DNA of 64,000 bases from assembly GCF_004010195.1 (NCBI RefSeq), contig NC_057719.1, positions 30,815,001-30,879,000 on the forward strand, in the 5' to 3' direction. The DNA comes from Chiloscyllium plagiosum (lineage: Eukaryota). Shown piece after piece: positions 11,650 through 24,069 of this stretch. The notes below the pieces were generated by a model. That model saw nothing but the letters and a program-made list of their open reading frames with translations, ran no database searches and was not told the DNA's origin. The translations under genes and the position numbers were made by a program. Numbering within the stretch: the stretch's first letter is position 1; the number at the start of each line of letters is the position of its first letter.

Positions 11650-12245
11650 AAAAGCAGGAGGATTGATTTTAAGAGCCGTGAGGTTATACTGCAGCTCTCT
11701 AGAGCCCTGCTTGGACCACACTTGGAATATTGTGTTCAGTTCTGGTCGCCTCATCATAGGAAGGATGTGGAAGCTTTAGAGAGGGCACAGAAGAGATTCA
11801 CCACAATGCTGCCTGGACTGGAGGGCATGTCTTATGAAAAAAAGTTGAGGGAGCTAGGGCTTTTCTCATTGGAGTGAAAAAGGATGAAAGGTGACTTGAT
11901 AGAGGTGTACAAGATGATGAGAGGCATAGATAGAGTGGATAGCCAGAGACCTTTTTCCAGGGCGGAAATGGCTATCACAAGGTGGCATAATTTTAAGGTG
12001 ATTGGAAGTTTTAGGGGAAATGTCACAGGTAGGTTCTTTACACAGAGAGTGGTGCGTGTGTGGAATGCACTTCCAGCAATAGTAGTAGAGTCAGATACAT
12101 TAGGGACATTTAAACAACTCTTGGATAGGCACATGGAAGTTAGTACAATGAAGGGTAAGTAGGTTAGTTTGATCTTAGAATAGAATAAAAGGTTGGCACA
12201 GTTTCAAGGGCCAAAGGGCCTATACTGTGCTGTACTATGTTCTAT
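11650..12245 (+). mobile_element. CR1 LINE 3' portion
   Basis: PHLEYCVQFWSP, GDLIEVYKMMRG, FFTQRVVRVWNALP; tail tgttctat. Confidence 0.9.
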
Positions 12246-12836
12246 AAGACCATTACATATAGGAGCAGGATTAGGCAAATTGGCCTGACAAGTCTGCTCC
12301 ACTATTTGATCATGGCTGATATGTTTTTCAAGGATATTGTCCTGCCTTTCCCCCATAACCTTTGATCCCTAATCCTAATCCTATCTATCCCTGTCCTAAG
12401 AATACTCATGATTTGGAGATGCCGGTGTTGGATAAAAATCACACAACACCAGGTTATAGTCCAACAAGTTTAATTGGAAGCACTAGCTTTCAAGCACCGC
12501 TCCTTCACCAGGTGGTTGCGGAGGACACAATTGTAAGACACAGAATTTATAGCAAAAGTTTACAGTGTGATGTAACTGAAATTATACATCGAAAAATACT
12601 TTAATTGTTTGTTTATAGTTTCACTTCCTTCATATGTAAATCACAAACCTTTTTTTTAAAAGTTGCATTCTCTGTAACAATTGGTGTCAGCCAGATAATA
12701 TGTTGAAAGTGTTAGCCCCCTGTATTCCCTGTCTGTGCCATATTATTTGACTGATTCTAACCTAAAAAGTGAGTTAACAGAGTCTTACATGGATTCATGC
12801 TGTTTTTGAGCAAAGTACAATGTAACTCTGCAAGTA

Positions 12837-13086
12837 CCAGAGAGTGGTGGCTGTGTGGAATGCTCTGCCACAGGGGGCAGTGGAGGCCCACTCTCTGGAT
12901 TCATTTAAGAAGGAGTTGGATAGAGCTCTCAAAGATAGTGGAATCAAGGGTTATGGAGATAAGGCAGGAACAGGATACTGATTAGGAATGATCAGCCATG
13001 ATTATATTGAATGGCGGTGCAGGCTCGAAGGGCTGAATGGCCTACTCCTGCACCTATTGTCTATTGTCTATTGTCTATTGTCTATT
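12837..13086 (+). mobile_element. CR1 3' end inserted in the PLE
   Basis: QRVVAVWNALP-coding start, (CTATTGT)n tail; interrupts caagtac/aaattcaccc, which is contiguous in the 30370 copy. Confidence 0.9.
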
Positions 13087-13295
13087 GTACAAATTCACCC
13101 ACAAATGTCTATGTATATGTGTGCATGTGGGTTTTGTGTGTGTGTGTGTTGATTATATTGAATGGCGGTGCAGGCTCGAAGGGCTGAATGGCCTACTCTT
13201 GCACCTATTGTCTATTGTCTATTGTCTATTGTACAAATTCACCCCCACAAATGTCTATGTATATGTGTGCATGTGGGTTTTGTGTGTGTGTGTGT
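12999..13295. repeat. ~151 bp tandem duplication spanning the CR1/PLE junction
   Basis: 12999-13149 repeated at 13150-13295 with one substitution and microsatellite-length differences. Confidence 0.9.
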
Positions 13296-15742
13296 CTGGG
13301 GTGGGGGATTGTGAGTGTCTGTGAGAGAGAGTGTATATGTGTGTGTGAGTGTAAAGTAGTCTAAGTCTGTAAGAGGATGCATGTGGGAGGATGTGTGTCT
13401 GTAGGTATGTGTGTGCGTGTCTGTGTGCGTGTCTGTGTATACGTGTGTGCGTGTGTGTGCATTTGTAGGAGTGTCTGTGTGTGTGTATAGTGCAATGGTG
13501 GTCACCTGTAGTGTGAAATGAACCCAAGCTCCCGGTTGAGGCCCTCCCTATTGGTACGGAACTTAGCTATCAGCCTCTGCTCAGCCACTTTTCGCTGCTG
13601 CCTGTCCCGAAGTCCGCCTTGGAGGATGGTCACCCAAAGGTCCAAGGTCGAATGTCCTGGATCACTGAAGTGTTCCCCAACTGGGAGGGAACACTGACGA
13701 TTGTTGTGCGGTGCACATTCATCGTTGCCATCCACACTCTGACACGTCTTGCAGCGCCTACTGTGACAGGGCTGTATGGAGCTGTCCTGAGAGCCGGGCA
13801 GCTTGCTACGAACAATGATCTGTTTGAGGTTTGGCAGTTGTTTAAAGGTGAGCAGTGGAGGTGTGGGGAAGGTCTTGGTGAGGTGCTCATCCTCATTGAT
13901 AATGTGTTGCGGGTCACGAAGAACATGGAGTAGTTTTTCAGCTCCTGGGAAATACTGAACAATGAAGGGTACCCTGTCAGTTGCAGGACGTGTCTGTCTC
14001 CTGAGGAGATCATTACAATTCCTTGCTGTGGCACGTTTGAACTGGCAGTCGATGGGTTGAGCATTGTACCCCGTTCTTATGAGGACATCCCTGAGTACTT
14101 CCAGGTGCCCGTCAAGTTCCTCCTCATCTGAACAGATCCAGTGTACGCGTAGGCCTTGTCAACACAGCCATCCCCTACGGACATCCTCTAGCTAAAGAAA
14201 TATCTCCTCATCTCAGTTCTATAGACCTGTCCCTTCCCTCTGAGTCTGCAGCCTTGGATCCTAGTCTCTCCTATTAATGAAAACATCTTCTCCATGTCCA
14301 CTCTATCCAGGCCTCTCAGCATTCTGTAGTTTCAATGAGATCCCCCTATCCTTCTCAACTCCACTGTGCGCAGGCCCAGAGTCCTCAAATGGTCCTCATA
14401 TGACAAACATTTCATCCCTGAGATCATTCCTGTAAACACCCTCTGGACCACCTCTAAGGCCAGCATGTCTTTCCTTAGATATAGCGCCCTAAGACTACTG
14501 ACCATATTCCAAAAGCAGTCTGACCACAGCCTCAGCAATATATCCCTGTTCCTGTATTCTAGCCCTCTCAAAATGATTGCTAGCATTGTATTTGCTTTCC
14601 TAACTGTCAATAAACCTGCATAATAATCTTAAGAAAATCCTAAATTAGCATTCCTAAATCTCTGTATTACAGATTTCCAAAGCTTTTCCCCATTTAGAAA
14701 GTAATCTATTCCCTCCTTTCTTCCTAACAAAGTGCGTAAGCTCACACAATCCTACTTATTATTCCATCTGCTACTTCTTTGCCCACTCTCCTAGTCAGTT
14801 CAAGCCCTTCTGCAACCACGTTGCATCCTCAATACTATCTATCCCTCCACCTATCTTTGTGCCATTTCAAACTGAGTAAGAATACCTTCAGTTCCTTTGT
14901 CCAGATCATCAATGTATAACATGAATAGCTGTGGTCCCAACATGAACCCCTGCAGAACTCCACTAGTCACTAGCTGGAAAATACCCCTTTATCCCAATTC
15001 TCTGCCTTGTACCAGGATATGCGAGCTAACAATATAGCCAATCCTCTATCCATGCTCCTCATACCACAGGCTCTTACCTTATTTGGCAGCCTCCTGTACA
15101 GCACTTTGTCAAAGCCCTCTGGAAATAACAATAGTTCACAAGTATTGGCTCTTCTATGTCTAATTTGCTGATTACCTCTTCCAAGAATTCTAACAGATTT
15201 GTCAGGTATTACAATCCCTTGACAAAGCCAAGTTATCTCCTTTAGAACCCTGGTGTGTAATCCTTCTGGTCTGGGTAATTTATCCACCTTCAGATCTTTC
15301 AGCCTCCCCAGCAACTTCTCCTTAGTGATGACCATTGCACTCACCTCTGCCCCTAACTCTCTTGAAGTTCTGGTATGCTATTGGTGTATTCCACTGTGAA
15401 GACTGATGGAAAGTACCTATTTTGTTTCCCATTACTACTCCAGCCTAATTTTCCAATGGTCCAATGCCCACTCTTGCCAATCCCTTACCTTTCATATATC
15501 TAAACAAACTCTTGCAATTTTCTTTTATATTGTTAGCTCGCGGATCCTCATATTTCATCTTCACTCATCTAACTCCCAACCCCCCAACCCAGTCCACCTG
15601 CTTATTGGAGACCCCCATGATTATTGTAGTCGTGTTTTTCTTTAAATTACTTTTCTATCTCCTGATTTATTTTCTAACCCACATCCTGAGGACTGCTATG
15701 AGGCCTCTAATAACTCCAACCAAGGTCTTTTTTACTTTATGG

Positions 15743-15948
15743 AGAAAGTGAGAACTGCTGGAGATCAGAGTCGAGGGTGTGGTGCTGGAAAAGCGCAGCA
15801 GGTCAGGCAGCATCTGATGAGCAGGAGAATCAACATCTCAGGCATAAATTCCTCCATTCCTGACGAAGGGCTTATGCCCGAAATGTCGCTTGCCCTGCTC
15901 CTCGGATGCTGCCTGACCTGCTGTGCTTTTCCAGCACCATACTCTCAA
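15743..15948. mobile_element. Palindromic PLE-derived mini-element with hammerhead core and 16-bp TSD
   Basis: Imperfect inverted arms ~15770-15848 / ~15872-15950; plus-strand CTGACGA-AGGGCTTATGCCC-GAAA-TGTC at 15860-15887; CTTTTTTWCTTTATGG at 15727-15742 and 15949-15964. Confidence 0.85.
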
Positions 15949-17719
15949 CTTTTTTTCTTTATGGTTACTCTATCCACAAAGATTCTACACCTTCTGACTC
16001 CATATTTCTTCTTGCTATCGATTTAATTTATTTTCTTTCTAACCAATGCAACCCCACCCCCTCTGCCCATCTGCCTATCCTTTCAATAGAATGTGTATCC
16101 TTGGATATTTAGTTCCCACCCCTGACCTACTTGCAACCACATCTCTGTGGTACCCACAGCATTGTACCTGTCAATTTCAATCTGCGCTACAGGTTCATTC
16201 ACCTTGTTTCATATTTTAGGCAGTACAAGTGTAACACTCTCAGTCTTGCATTGACTGCCGCCTTCTCACAAATGTCCCCTCATCTGCTGTGTCTGAAGTT
16301 AGATTCTTAAGCTGTTCCATACTCTCTATCCTATTACTTGTTCTGGAACCTTTAATACCCTCTCCTGACCTCCCCCCTTGAAATGGTTTAAAGTTCCTGT
16401 GATCTCGATTTGCCCCTATTTGTACCATCAAGTTGTGTACCTCATTCTGAATGCTTCCTGCTCTGAAGATACAAAGCCTTTTAACTTTTTGTCGAGTTTC
16501 TCTACACTTTTATGATTCCTTGGTATGTATGGCATTCACACATTCTGTCCCTTTCGTTTAATTTTCTCGTAACAACCAATCCCATCATTAACCAGCAACT
16601 CTATCTTTTCCTTTCCCTTTGATTTTATAATTTTCCATGTTACTGAACCTGCCCCATACTCCCACTATTTAACTTAAAATCCTATCTGCAGCTAGTTTCA
16701 CTCATATTTAACAATCATAGCTTCACTTCACCAAGACACTTGGTATTATTCCAAGCTCCAAATCGTATCTCACATCTTTTCCACACTGCCAGTCACTTAA
16801 CCATGGTGGGCTTATTGCTACAATAATTGCATGATATCTCAACCTCCATTTCAGCACAAAGAGATTCCACCTAAAGTTTGGATACTGCAATACAGATTGC
16901 TGTCATACAAGCTCAGGCCAATGCCACTCTACAAGCAGATAGCAATATTCAAATAGATCTTCAGGGTGTCATAGGAGTCCGTCAATCTACCCTCCAAAAT
17001 ATTGCGATGACTGCTGAAGCATGATCCTTGGGGAACAGCTCAAACCTGCTCTTCTCAAGACACCAGACCCTTGCCACTTTGCTTGTGCTTTTGCTATTAC
17101 CTTCTCACATTCTGTTCCTTACTGAGGTTCAGGAAGGAGAATTGCTCCCTGGACACAATGCATGGACATGCATCCTAATCCCTTCCCTGTCAGGTGATGA
17201 ATTCTCACTGCAACTCAGCTTGGTGTAAAATTAATTTGGTAGGTTTGCTATCAGCATCCCATTTACTGGGAGGAATCTAAAGGGCCTGTTTAATCTAGTA
17301 TGGTAAAGGACAAGCCTCTTAAATAAGATGCAATTTATTTCATGATATCAACTAGGTCTACAATAATGCTATGATAAAATAAGGCTGTGAGATTTCAATG
17401 TTAGATCTTACTCCTTCAAGCTGTCTGCTGCCTGAGTCCATATGGCAAAATCATGTTTTGTGGTGCTTAATGTACTCCTCAGCATTAACACTTTTAGGTC
17501 CTTACATTCATTTACTGTACTCTCCTCCTTCTCTCATTTATCCTTCTTGGTGCAGTGTCTGTTCATTTTCCAGTCATGTTTGATTCTGAAAGGAAGGGCT
17601 ACTACTGTACCTATGTTGGAGAAACTGGTTGATGCAGAACCCTTGGAGTTAACAAAAGCATTTCAGCAACCGTCACATCACTACCTGCAGATTGTTTAAA
17701 ACTGAAACAGTGATAAAAT

Positions 17720-17910
17720 TTGTTGTGGTTCTGTTCGCCGAGCTGGAAATTTTTGTTGCAAACGCTTCGTCCCCTGTCTAGGTGACATCGTCAGTGCTTG
17801 GGAGCCTCCTGTGAAGCGCTTCTGTGGTGTTTCCTCCGGCATTTATAGTGGGTTGTCCCTGCCACTTCCGGTTGTCAGTTTCAGCTGTCCGTTGTAGTGG
17901 CCGGTATATT
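17720..17910 (-). mobile_element. PLE terminal repeat of a third family (as at 50335-50745) with mutated hammerhead
   Basis: Minus strand CTGACGA-TGTCACCTAGACAGGGGAC-GAAG-CGTT; colinear with 50345-50460. Confidence 0.72.
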
Positions 17911-18519
17911 TATCAAATATCTGTGCAATTGTAGAAACAACAAGAAAACTAATGTGTCAGGAGCTAACCTTTAAGTAGTTGATGATCCCATTAAATTCTG
18001 AAGATAAATGTCGGGATGAGAGGAGAGGATTGCAGTATATTTCATGCTGGTTGAACATTAATTATGCAAGGTTAAAAGATCACATTGGATAGAATATGAA
18101 GCTCATAAAATGGCATCACTAATGTCAAATCACTGCTGTTTGCTGAGTAATACCATGATCTGCATGTGCCATATACTTCTAGGATACACCAGTCTTAATC
18201 TCTGAACCAATATTATATTTTGTGCCAGAGCATCACAGATGCCATTTCAAAATGCAGAGGTACAAGAGATAGATGTTACTAAAAGCCTGTTGCTCTTATC
18301 CCATCATGAGTGTTCTTTTAATATTCTATGGTCTTGCACAATGTTTGACTTATTTTGTTTATTTAATTCCTATAATATACAGGTTTCCACCTTCATGTTA
18401 GATTTGATTTAGTCATATTTTCATATTTTACATCTCATCTGTTCTAAAGTCTTGTCTGAGATTTTAGCAAGGAGACAAAGGTTTTGGACTTAGCAGAAGT
18501 GACATCCAGGCAATGTACC

Positions 18520-18760
18520 AATACAGTTATTTACAGTAGTCTACCATCCCCTAAAATACAACTATCTCAGGGCGAGAGCACAATAGCATTAATGGGTCAA
18601 AAGACACTCCCTACAAACTCTGTACAGTATGCCCCACAAAGACTGTCCTGTATCATGATGGTGAGCTGTGTAGCCTCACTATTAGGCCACTGGCATGGTG
18701 CAGCTGCAGTCCTCACCAGATAACAAAAATTGGGGAAGGCAAAATGAAGAAGAGGGTGAC
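18520..18760 (+). mobile_element. Possible Harbinger transposase remnant
   Basis: VQYAPQRLSCIMMVSC resembles HARBI1-type LQYSPxxVSxIxxVCC. Confidence 0.35.
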
Positions 18761-18837
18761 CTGATTATTTGACAACAAGAGAGGGAATGTCTTCTTGCTC
18801 AGTAATGTTATGACCTGTTCATCCCCTGATAATTTAC

Positions 18838-18915
18838 GCAGAATCCCTTTGTACTAAACTCGTTACTGTTTCCTTTATCCTCTGTTGAAGGACTTTTAAG
18901 GCGTTTAGACAATCT
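18838..18915 (-). CDS. Candidate 78-nt symmetric exon (DCLNALKVLQQRIKETVTSLVQRDS or RLSKRLKSPSTEDKGNSNEFSTKGFC)
   Basis: AG/GT bounded (gatatag / GTAAAT), two open frames. Confidence 0.22.
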
Positions 18916-19378
18916 CTATATCAATTATATAGTAACAAAGTAGAATTCAGAAGTTGCCAAAAATTACTGCGAAGTGCCAGATTTGGCATTTAGGTTCTAC
19001 TTTTAAGATCTTTTTATCATTTTTCCATTCTTTCCAAATGAATCAGTGAGTGATCTGCTCCACCGAGTCTAGGAGGAGGTCTACCAGATACAACATACTA
19101 TGCAACAGCACAATGGATAATTTTCTCTGCAATCTTACTGTCTTGCCTGTACATCAATGTAATTCTTGTACTTGGTACTTCTTGGTTCACAAAACTGAGG
19201 TGATTCCCTAGGACTATATTGCACAGCATGTTGCACTACATTATCCTGAATGCAATGATTCAGTTAGTTCATGAACATGTTATCCAGTGAAGAGGAAAAA
19301 GATTCCTGTCAGTATCTAGTTTGAATGCTGAGTACTCAGCATTGACTCAATTACTCATGCAGTAAGATCAGATTCGGT

Positions 19379-20400
19379 TGGTGTCAAACAGAAGTGTGGT
19401 TTTCACCACAGACATTCTGAAGCTGTTGCGTATTCACAGTTTTTCTATTGATCCAGTGTTGCAGACTCCATATGTAAATATGATTAATTTCACAACATTG
19501 ACAGCCTTGAACTCTATTATAGAACCACTTCTTGAAGTACATTTGCTGAGCAACGACAATTGAATTCCCATCCTATGAATTAATTAGAAAGCTATGATGC
19601 AAAGATGACATTTCTTCCATGCATATTAACATGATCATGAAATAGCTGATAAAGTTTTAAGCAAGGCTAAACAATTACATATCACTCCATTCATACCACA
19701 CTTAGAAAGAAACTGTTTTAAAATGAATTCCACCCTGAACTTCACAGAAGACAACAGTAATTTTAAAAAGGTTTAAATGCATGCTTTGAACCCCAACATA
19801 ATGCATGAATGGTAGGTGATTAACACTAGGGACCAAGGTGAAAAATAATCCATTAATTGATACATAACATTGTTAACTTAGCTCGCAGAAGCCTGTGAAT
19901 TCGCACAACTGAAAGATGATCTCATTAAAGATAGAATCACCTTAAACTTAAGAAATCCTATCATCACAGCATGACTGCTAAAATAAATCTTGACTCTTGA
20001 AGACATCACAAATATGAACAGAAACTCTAAGATTGTAAATCAATAGCTGCAGTACATACATAAGAGAATAGCTGAGTTTGTCCACAGTGTGGAGAAGCTG
20101 TCCTGATCTGTGAGCTGTATTGACAAGCAGCTCAAAAATGTCTACTATATTGATAAGCATCCTAGATCTTTCAAGTACATCAATGTGGAGTAGAGCAGTG
20201 AATATCCAAAAAAAATGCCAACAGAAAGATTAAACTTGAAGGACAAGTTTCAAATACTGCAACAGTCATCACATGACTCAAAAGAACTTGACACGGTCAG
20301 CCTGGGGAAAAAACTGTAAGAAACTAAGCTATTTTGCATACAGGCATTGAGCTAGGTATTAGACAAACAAGCCTATAAAGGCATAAAGATAATCACTATA
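19379..20400 (+). mobile_element. Decayed Ty3/Gypsy gag
   Basis: NTRDQGEK*SIN*YITLLT*LAEACEFAQLKDDLIKDRITLNLRN...LL..ILTLEDI (19820-20010), KYCNSHH...AWGKNCKKLSYFA knuckle remnant (~20250-20340), PBS-like TGGTGTCA..GAAGTG at 19379. Confidence 0.75.
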
Positions 20401-20479
20401 AATATTCAGCTGAAATCAAGCAATGATGCTGGAGACATATCAGACAAAAATTTGGACACTTTGTTCTATACCTTAGAAT

Positions 20480-21100
20480 AATTCAGTCTCAGGGAAGGGT
20501 GCTGAGGGGATGGTTAATGGTAACATCATGTTAGAGGTGGTGGAAATGGCAGAAGATAAGTAATTGAATATGGAAGCCAATGGGATGAAAGATGAGAACA
20601 AAGGGAACCCCATTATTGTTCTGAGAGAGAGTGGAAGGAATAAGAACTGCATGTGAACACAGTCAAGGGCTCAGTTGGGAAGTCTGGTTGAGGGAAAGCA
20701 AAGACATTTCTGTGGCAAGTTGCATCATTACAACAGATGTGACAGAAGAAGTGTGAGAAAGGAATGGAATCCTTACAGATTATGTACTGTGAGAAGGTTT
20801 AGTCAAGGTTGCTGTGGGAGTCAGTGGAGTTTTAGTCATTATTAGTTCATAGTCTAGCATCAGAGATAGATTAAAATAAGATAAGGAAGGGAGGGAAGAG
20901 TCAAAGTGGACTGTGTGAAACTGAGAGGGTGTGGAAGTTGCCAGAAAACTTGATGAAATATTTTAATTCTGACCAAAAGTGGACATGGCTCTGACTGCCA
21001 TCAATATAACAGAATAAAAGTTGACCCAAGGGACCTGAGTAAGTCCGAAGCAAGAAATGTTTGGCATATCCTTCAAAAATGTATGCATAGCTAGAATTGC
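20480..21100 (-). mobile_element. Old Penelope-like RT/thumb fragment
   Basis: SYAYIFEGYAKHFLLRTYSGPLGQLLFCYIDG...ELKYFIKFSGNFH fits PLE RT PSYACLFVGY...RYIDD...NFHP. Confidence 0.8.
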
Positions 21101-21179
21101 TACAAGAAACACAGGACAAGTCCCAATTTGTTATGACTAATCTCTGGGTGAAGTTTCCCAATTTATTACCAGATGGAAT

Positions 21180-21700
21180 TCATTGTATTGTCCAACTTCC
21201 AGGTAAGGAACTAGCTCTCTTTCTTTATTCATTTACCCCCTTGATTGGTCACAACAAAGTTAGTTTGAAAAAAATCCCTTACTTGTGAATGCCTTTCTCC
21301 CAGACCAAATATATTTATGTTTTCAAAGCAGCCAATTTAACTAGGCTTTCTTCAGTAATGCATTTATCAGTTACCAAAAAGGAGAAAAAGTAATAATGCA
21401 ACACACATTCAGCCAGATTAAAAATAAAGTGACTCCAAAATAAAAACAATCTCTGGATTGTTCGTGAAAAGTAGATAGTGGAACCTTGCAGTTGTTACAT
21501 TGGGTGATACAGATATCACTGATGTTAGGAGGCAAGCAGTTGATTTTGAGAAGTTGGTTTTGCATGTCCACTGAAAGACCTTTGACCTGTTTCCTTTTGA
21601 TGGTGGTTTCACATTCTTTCTAGCTTCAGCAAAAAGAGACAGACATCCTTTCATTTTCACTTGATACACAAGGCTGACGAGAGGTTTTCTCAGCTTTGAC
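21180..21700 (-). mobile_element. LTR-like repeat remnant
   Basis: Non-coding; general resemblance to LTR 3' halves only, ends ...ACA on the minus strand. Confidence 0.25.
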
Positions 21701-22049
21701 ACTAACAGCGCACACTTTTGCCTACAAACACACCCAAATCCAGGTTAAAACTGGATTTTAAACCCTGTTTTTGTGTATTCTTGAAAGGGACAAAACACAA
21801 ACATGTCTCTCATCCAGACTGTTCTCTTTTCTCCCATCGCATTCGCAGTCTTGAAATAAATAACAGGCGATTGCAGTTCAGTTTGCAGTGCACTTCTCAT
21901 TATCATTTCCTTCTCTTTTAATCTTCTTTGATACTTTACAAGGTGTAACATCCCAAGCAATTTTTTTGTGGACCCTCACAGCCTACAGCCTGACAACATG
22001 TTCGTACACTGTGTTTCATCAGGAAGCTTGGAAGGTCAATTTCATTTAT

Positions 22050-22250
22050 TAAAATAAAAATCTTGAATGGAAAGCTGATCACCATGGTGGGGCCTGTATG
22101 TGACATCAACCCCACAGCAATGTAGTTGACTCTTACCTGCCAACTGAAATGACCCAACAAGATGGCAGCTCAGGACTATCTACTCCAGGAAAATTAAGGA
22201 TGGACAATAAATGTGGCCTTGCCAGTGACGTCCTCATTTTCTGAATGATA
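22050..22250 (+). mobile_element. SINE 3' fragment with L2-like tail
   Basis: ggttgactctta-like core and ggatggacaataaatg...gccagtgac tail shared with 22805-23125, 51245-51485 and 56280-56440. Confidence 0.55.
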
Positions 22251-22424
22251 ATTATGATAATAATGAAGCATAAAATAATAAGATTGAATATTGAATAATT
22301 GAACACTTTCCATATGCAAATTATTACAAAATATTGAACAAAGGAGATCCCCTTAATTTATAGAATGAAGATTAAAATTCTGTTGCACCCTACATTTTGT
22401 ATCAGTCCATGTATCAAATGTTAC

Positions 22425-22495
22425 CATAGCAATTTTGCTGTCAATTCTAGTAAAGTGAACAAAATTGGCTTCAGATTGTTGATACTCTGTGTTAG
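22425..22495 (-). CDS. Candidate exon (LTQSINNLKPILFTLLELTAKLL or NTEYQQSEANFVHFTRIDSKIAM)
   Basis: Branch-point-like GCTAAC plus atcctgcttctag acceptor; donor ATG/GTAACA; 71 nt. Confidence 0.3.
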
Positions 22496-22804
22496 CTAGA
22501 AGCAGGATGTTAGCAATAAGAGCATGATGACAACCCTCTTTAAAAGGAGCATCTGCAATCATCAACAATGGAATCAGTCATTCAGAAGGTAGCTGTAGTT
22601 ATAACAATTGTTTTTAAAAAAAAAATTCAGACTTTAATTTAAACCTTCTATGTTGTTAAAAGAAAGTCATACAGTTAAACTCAAGATTTTATAAAGATCT
22701 TCGTATCCTCCCATTCATAATGAATTGTATAATTAGAAAGGCAACAAATCTGACAGAAAGTGCATTTAACATCGCTACTTTTTTTTATACATCTGTTTAT
22801 GTAC

Positions 22805-23125
22805 TTATTCATGAGATGAAGGTCTCGCTGGCTAGGCCATCATTTATTGCCCGTCCCTAATTGTCCAGAGGACAGTTTAGCGTCCTGTGGGTTTGGCCAT
22901 GTAATGATTGTGGTTTCCTTCCCTAAATGATATTAGTGAACATGATGGATTTTTCCCAACAATTGACAATAGATTCATAGTCATCATTAGACTCTTACTT
23001 GTAGATTTTTATTGAATTCAAATCCACCATCTGCTGTGGCAGGATTCAAACCCAGGACCTGGACTATTACTTGGATCTCTGGATTAACAGTCCACTGATG
23101 ATCCCACTAGGTTGCTGCCTCCCCT
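22805..23125 (-). mobile_element. tRNA-headed SINE sharing its 3' tail with the old L2-like LINE
   Basis: GGGGAGGCAG..CCTAGTGG head, GGGTTTGAATCC B box, tail ttagggacgggcaataaatg...ctagccagcgac. Confidence 0.75.
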
Positions 23126-24069
23126 TAAACAGATACAGAATCACTCTTCCTATATATCTTCTTCATTTACACTTTAATTGAAAAATAGAGAATGTACAGC
23201 TGAGAAGGAAAGTCATTTGGCCCAATGTGTCATAGAAACATGGAGATATAGAAAATAGTTGTGCCCATACACTTTCATTCCTTTAGCCCAACAAATTATA
23301 TATATCTTCTTCTTGAAAACTTTCAAGGTTTTGGTTCAACCACTTCTGTGGCAGAGAATTCCACAGACAATTTTCTATGTGAAGAGTTTTCTCTTCATCT
23401 CAGTCCTAAATGGCCTACCCATATCCTTACACACTGTTGATGTTTCTGTGTCAGTTGAGGCAGAGCTGTCTAGCTTAATAACACTTTCTTAATAACAGTT
23501 CTTGGACTGGAGTCTTGTGGGTTATATCGGTTCAAGTGTGTTCTTTATTCCAATGACTTTGATGGGACTGTTGGTTATCAATTAATACAAACTGAAACAG
23601 AAGCCTTTGGGAATGATGAAAAACACAAACTCAATCACAATCAGAGATCTGGGAGATCACAATCCGGGAGTTTTCGTAACTTTTTCAAGTGATTTCAGTC
23701 TCTTCTGTTCTACTGTTTGGAACTTTCTCCCTTTCCTGGCTCCTCCACCTCTCCTTTTCTCTTTTCATCTCCAAACATATTATTAAAACCATCATAGTCT
23801 TATGTCTATAGCTTGTCATTTATTTGATCTACATTCATTTTATGTATTCCTATTTATTCCTCCCTTTCCTGTAAAATGTCTTGTGATATTTCCAACATTA
23901 AAAACACCATATGAATAGTTGTCAATGAAGGATTACACATATTGAGTCACTGTATGACTCATGGTGCTGTGCACAGTCATTTCCTCAATCCTGGATACCA
24001 GCTACCATCATAATTTAATAGTCAGTGATAGTTGCCTGAGAACGTGGAGAAATGAACAATGATCTCTTG

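Larger units (their letters stand above)
12408..14180 (-). mobile_element. Penelope-like element, 5'-truncated, with (CA)n-rich 3' UTR
   Basis: ORF 13502..13735 PVGEHFSDPGH...AEQRLIAKFRTNREGLNRELG (GIY-YIG C-terminus); colinear with 29335-30802; internal deletion removes the YIG segment. Confidence 0.9.
12246..16380 (-). mobile_element. Old fragmented CR1 LINE (3' UTR to endonuclease region) hosting nested insertions
   Basis: 3' UTR at 12246-12407 resumes at ~14185; RT remnants in ORFs 14332..14610 and 14970..15344 (LKVDKLPRPEGLHTRVLKE, FDKVLYRRL); endonuclease-like remnants 15560-16240. Confidence 0.78.
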
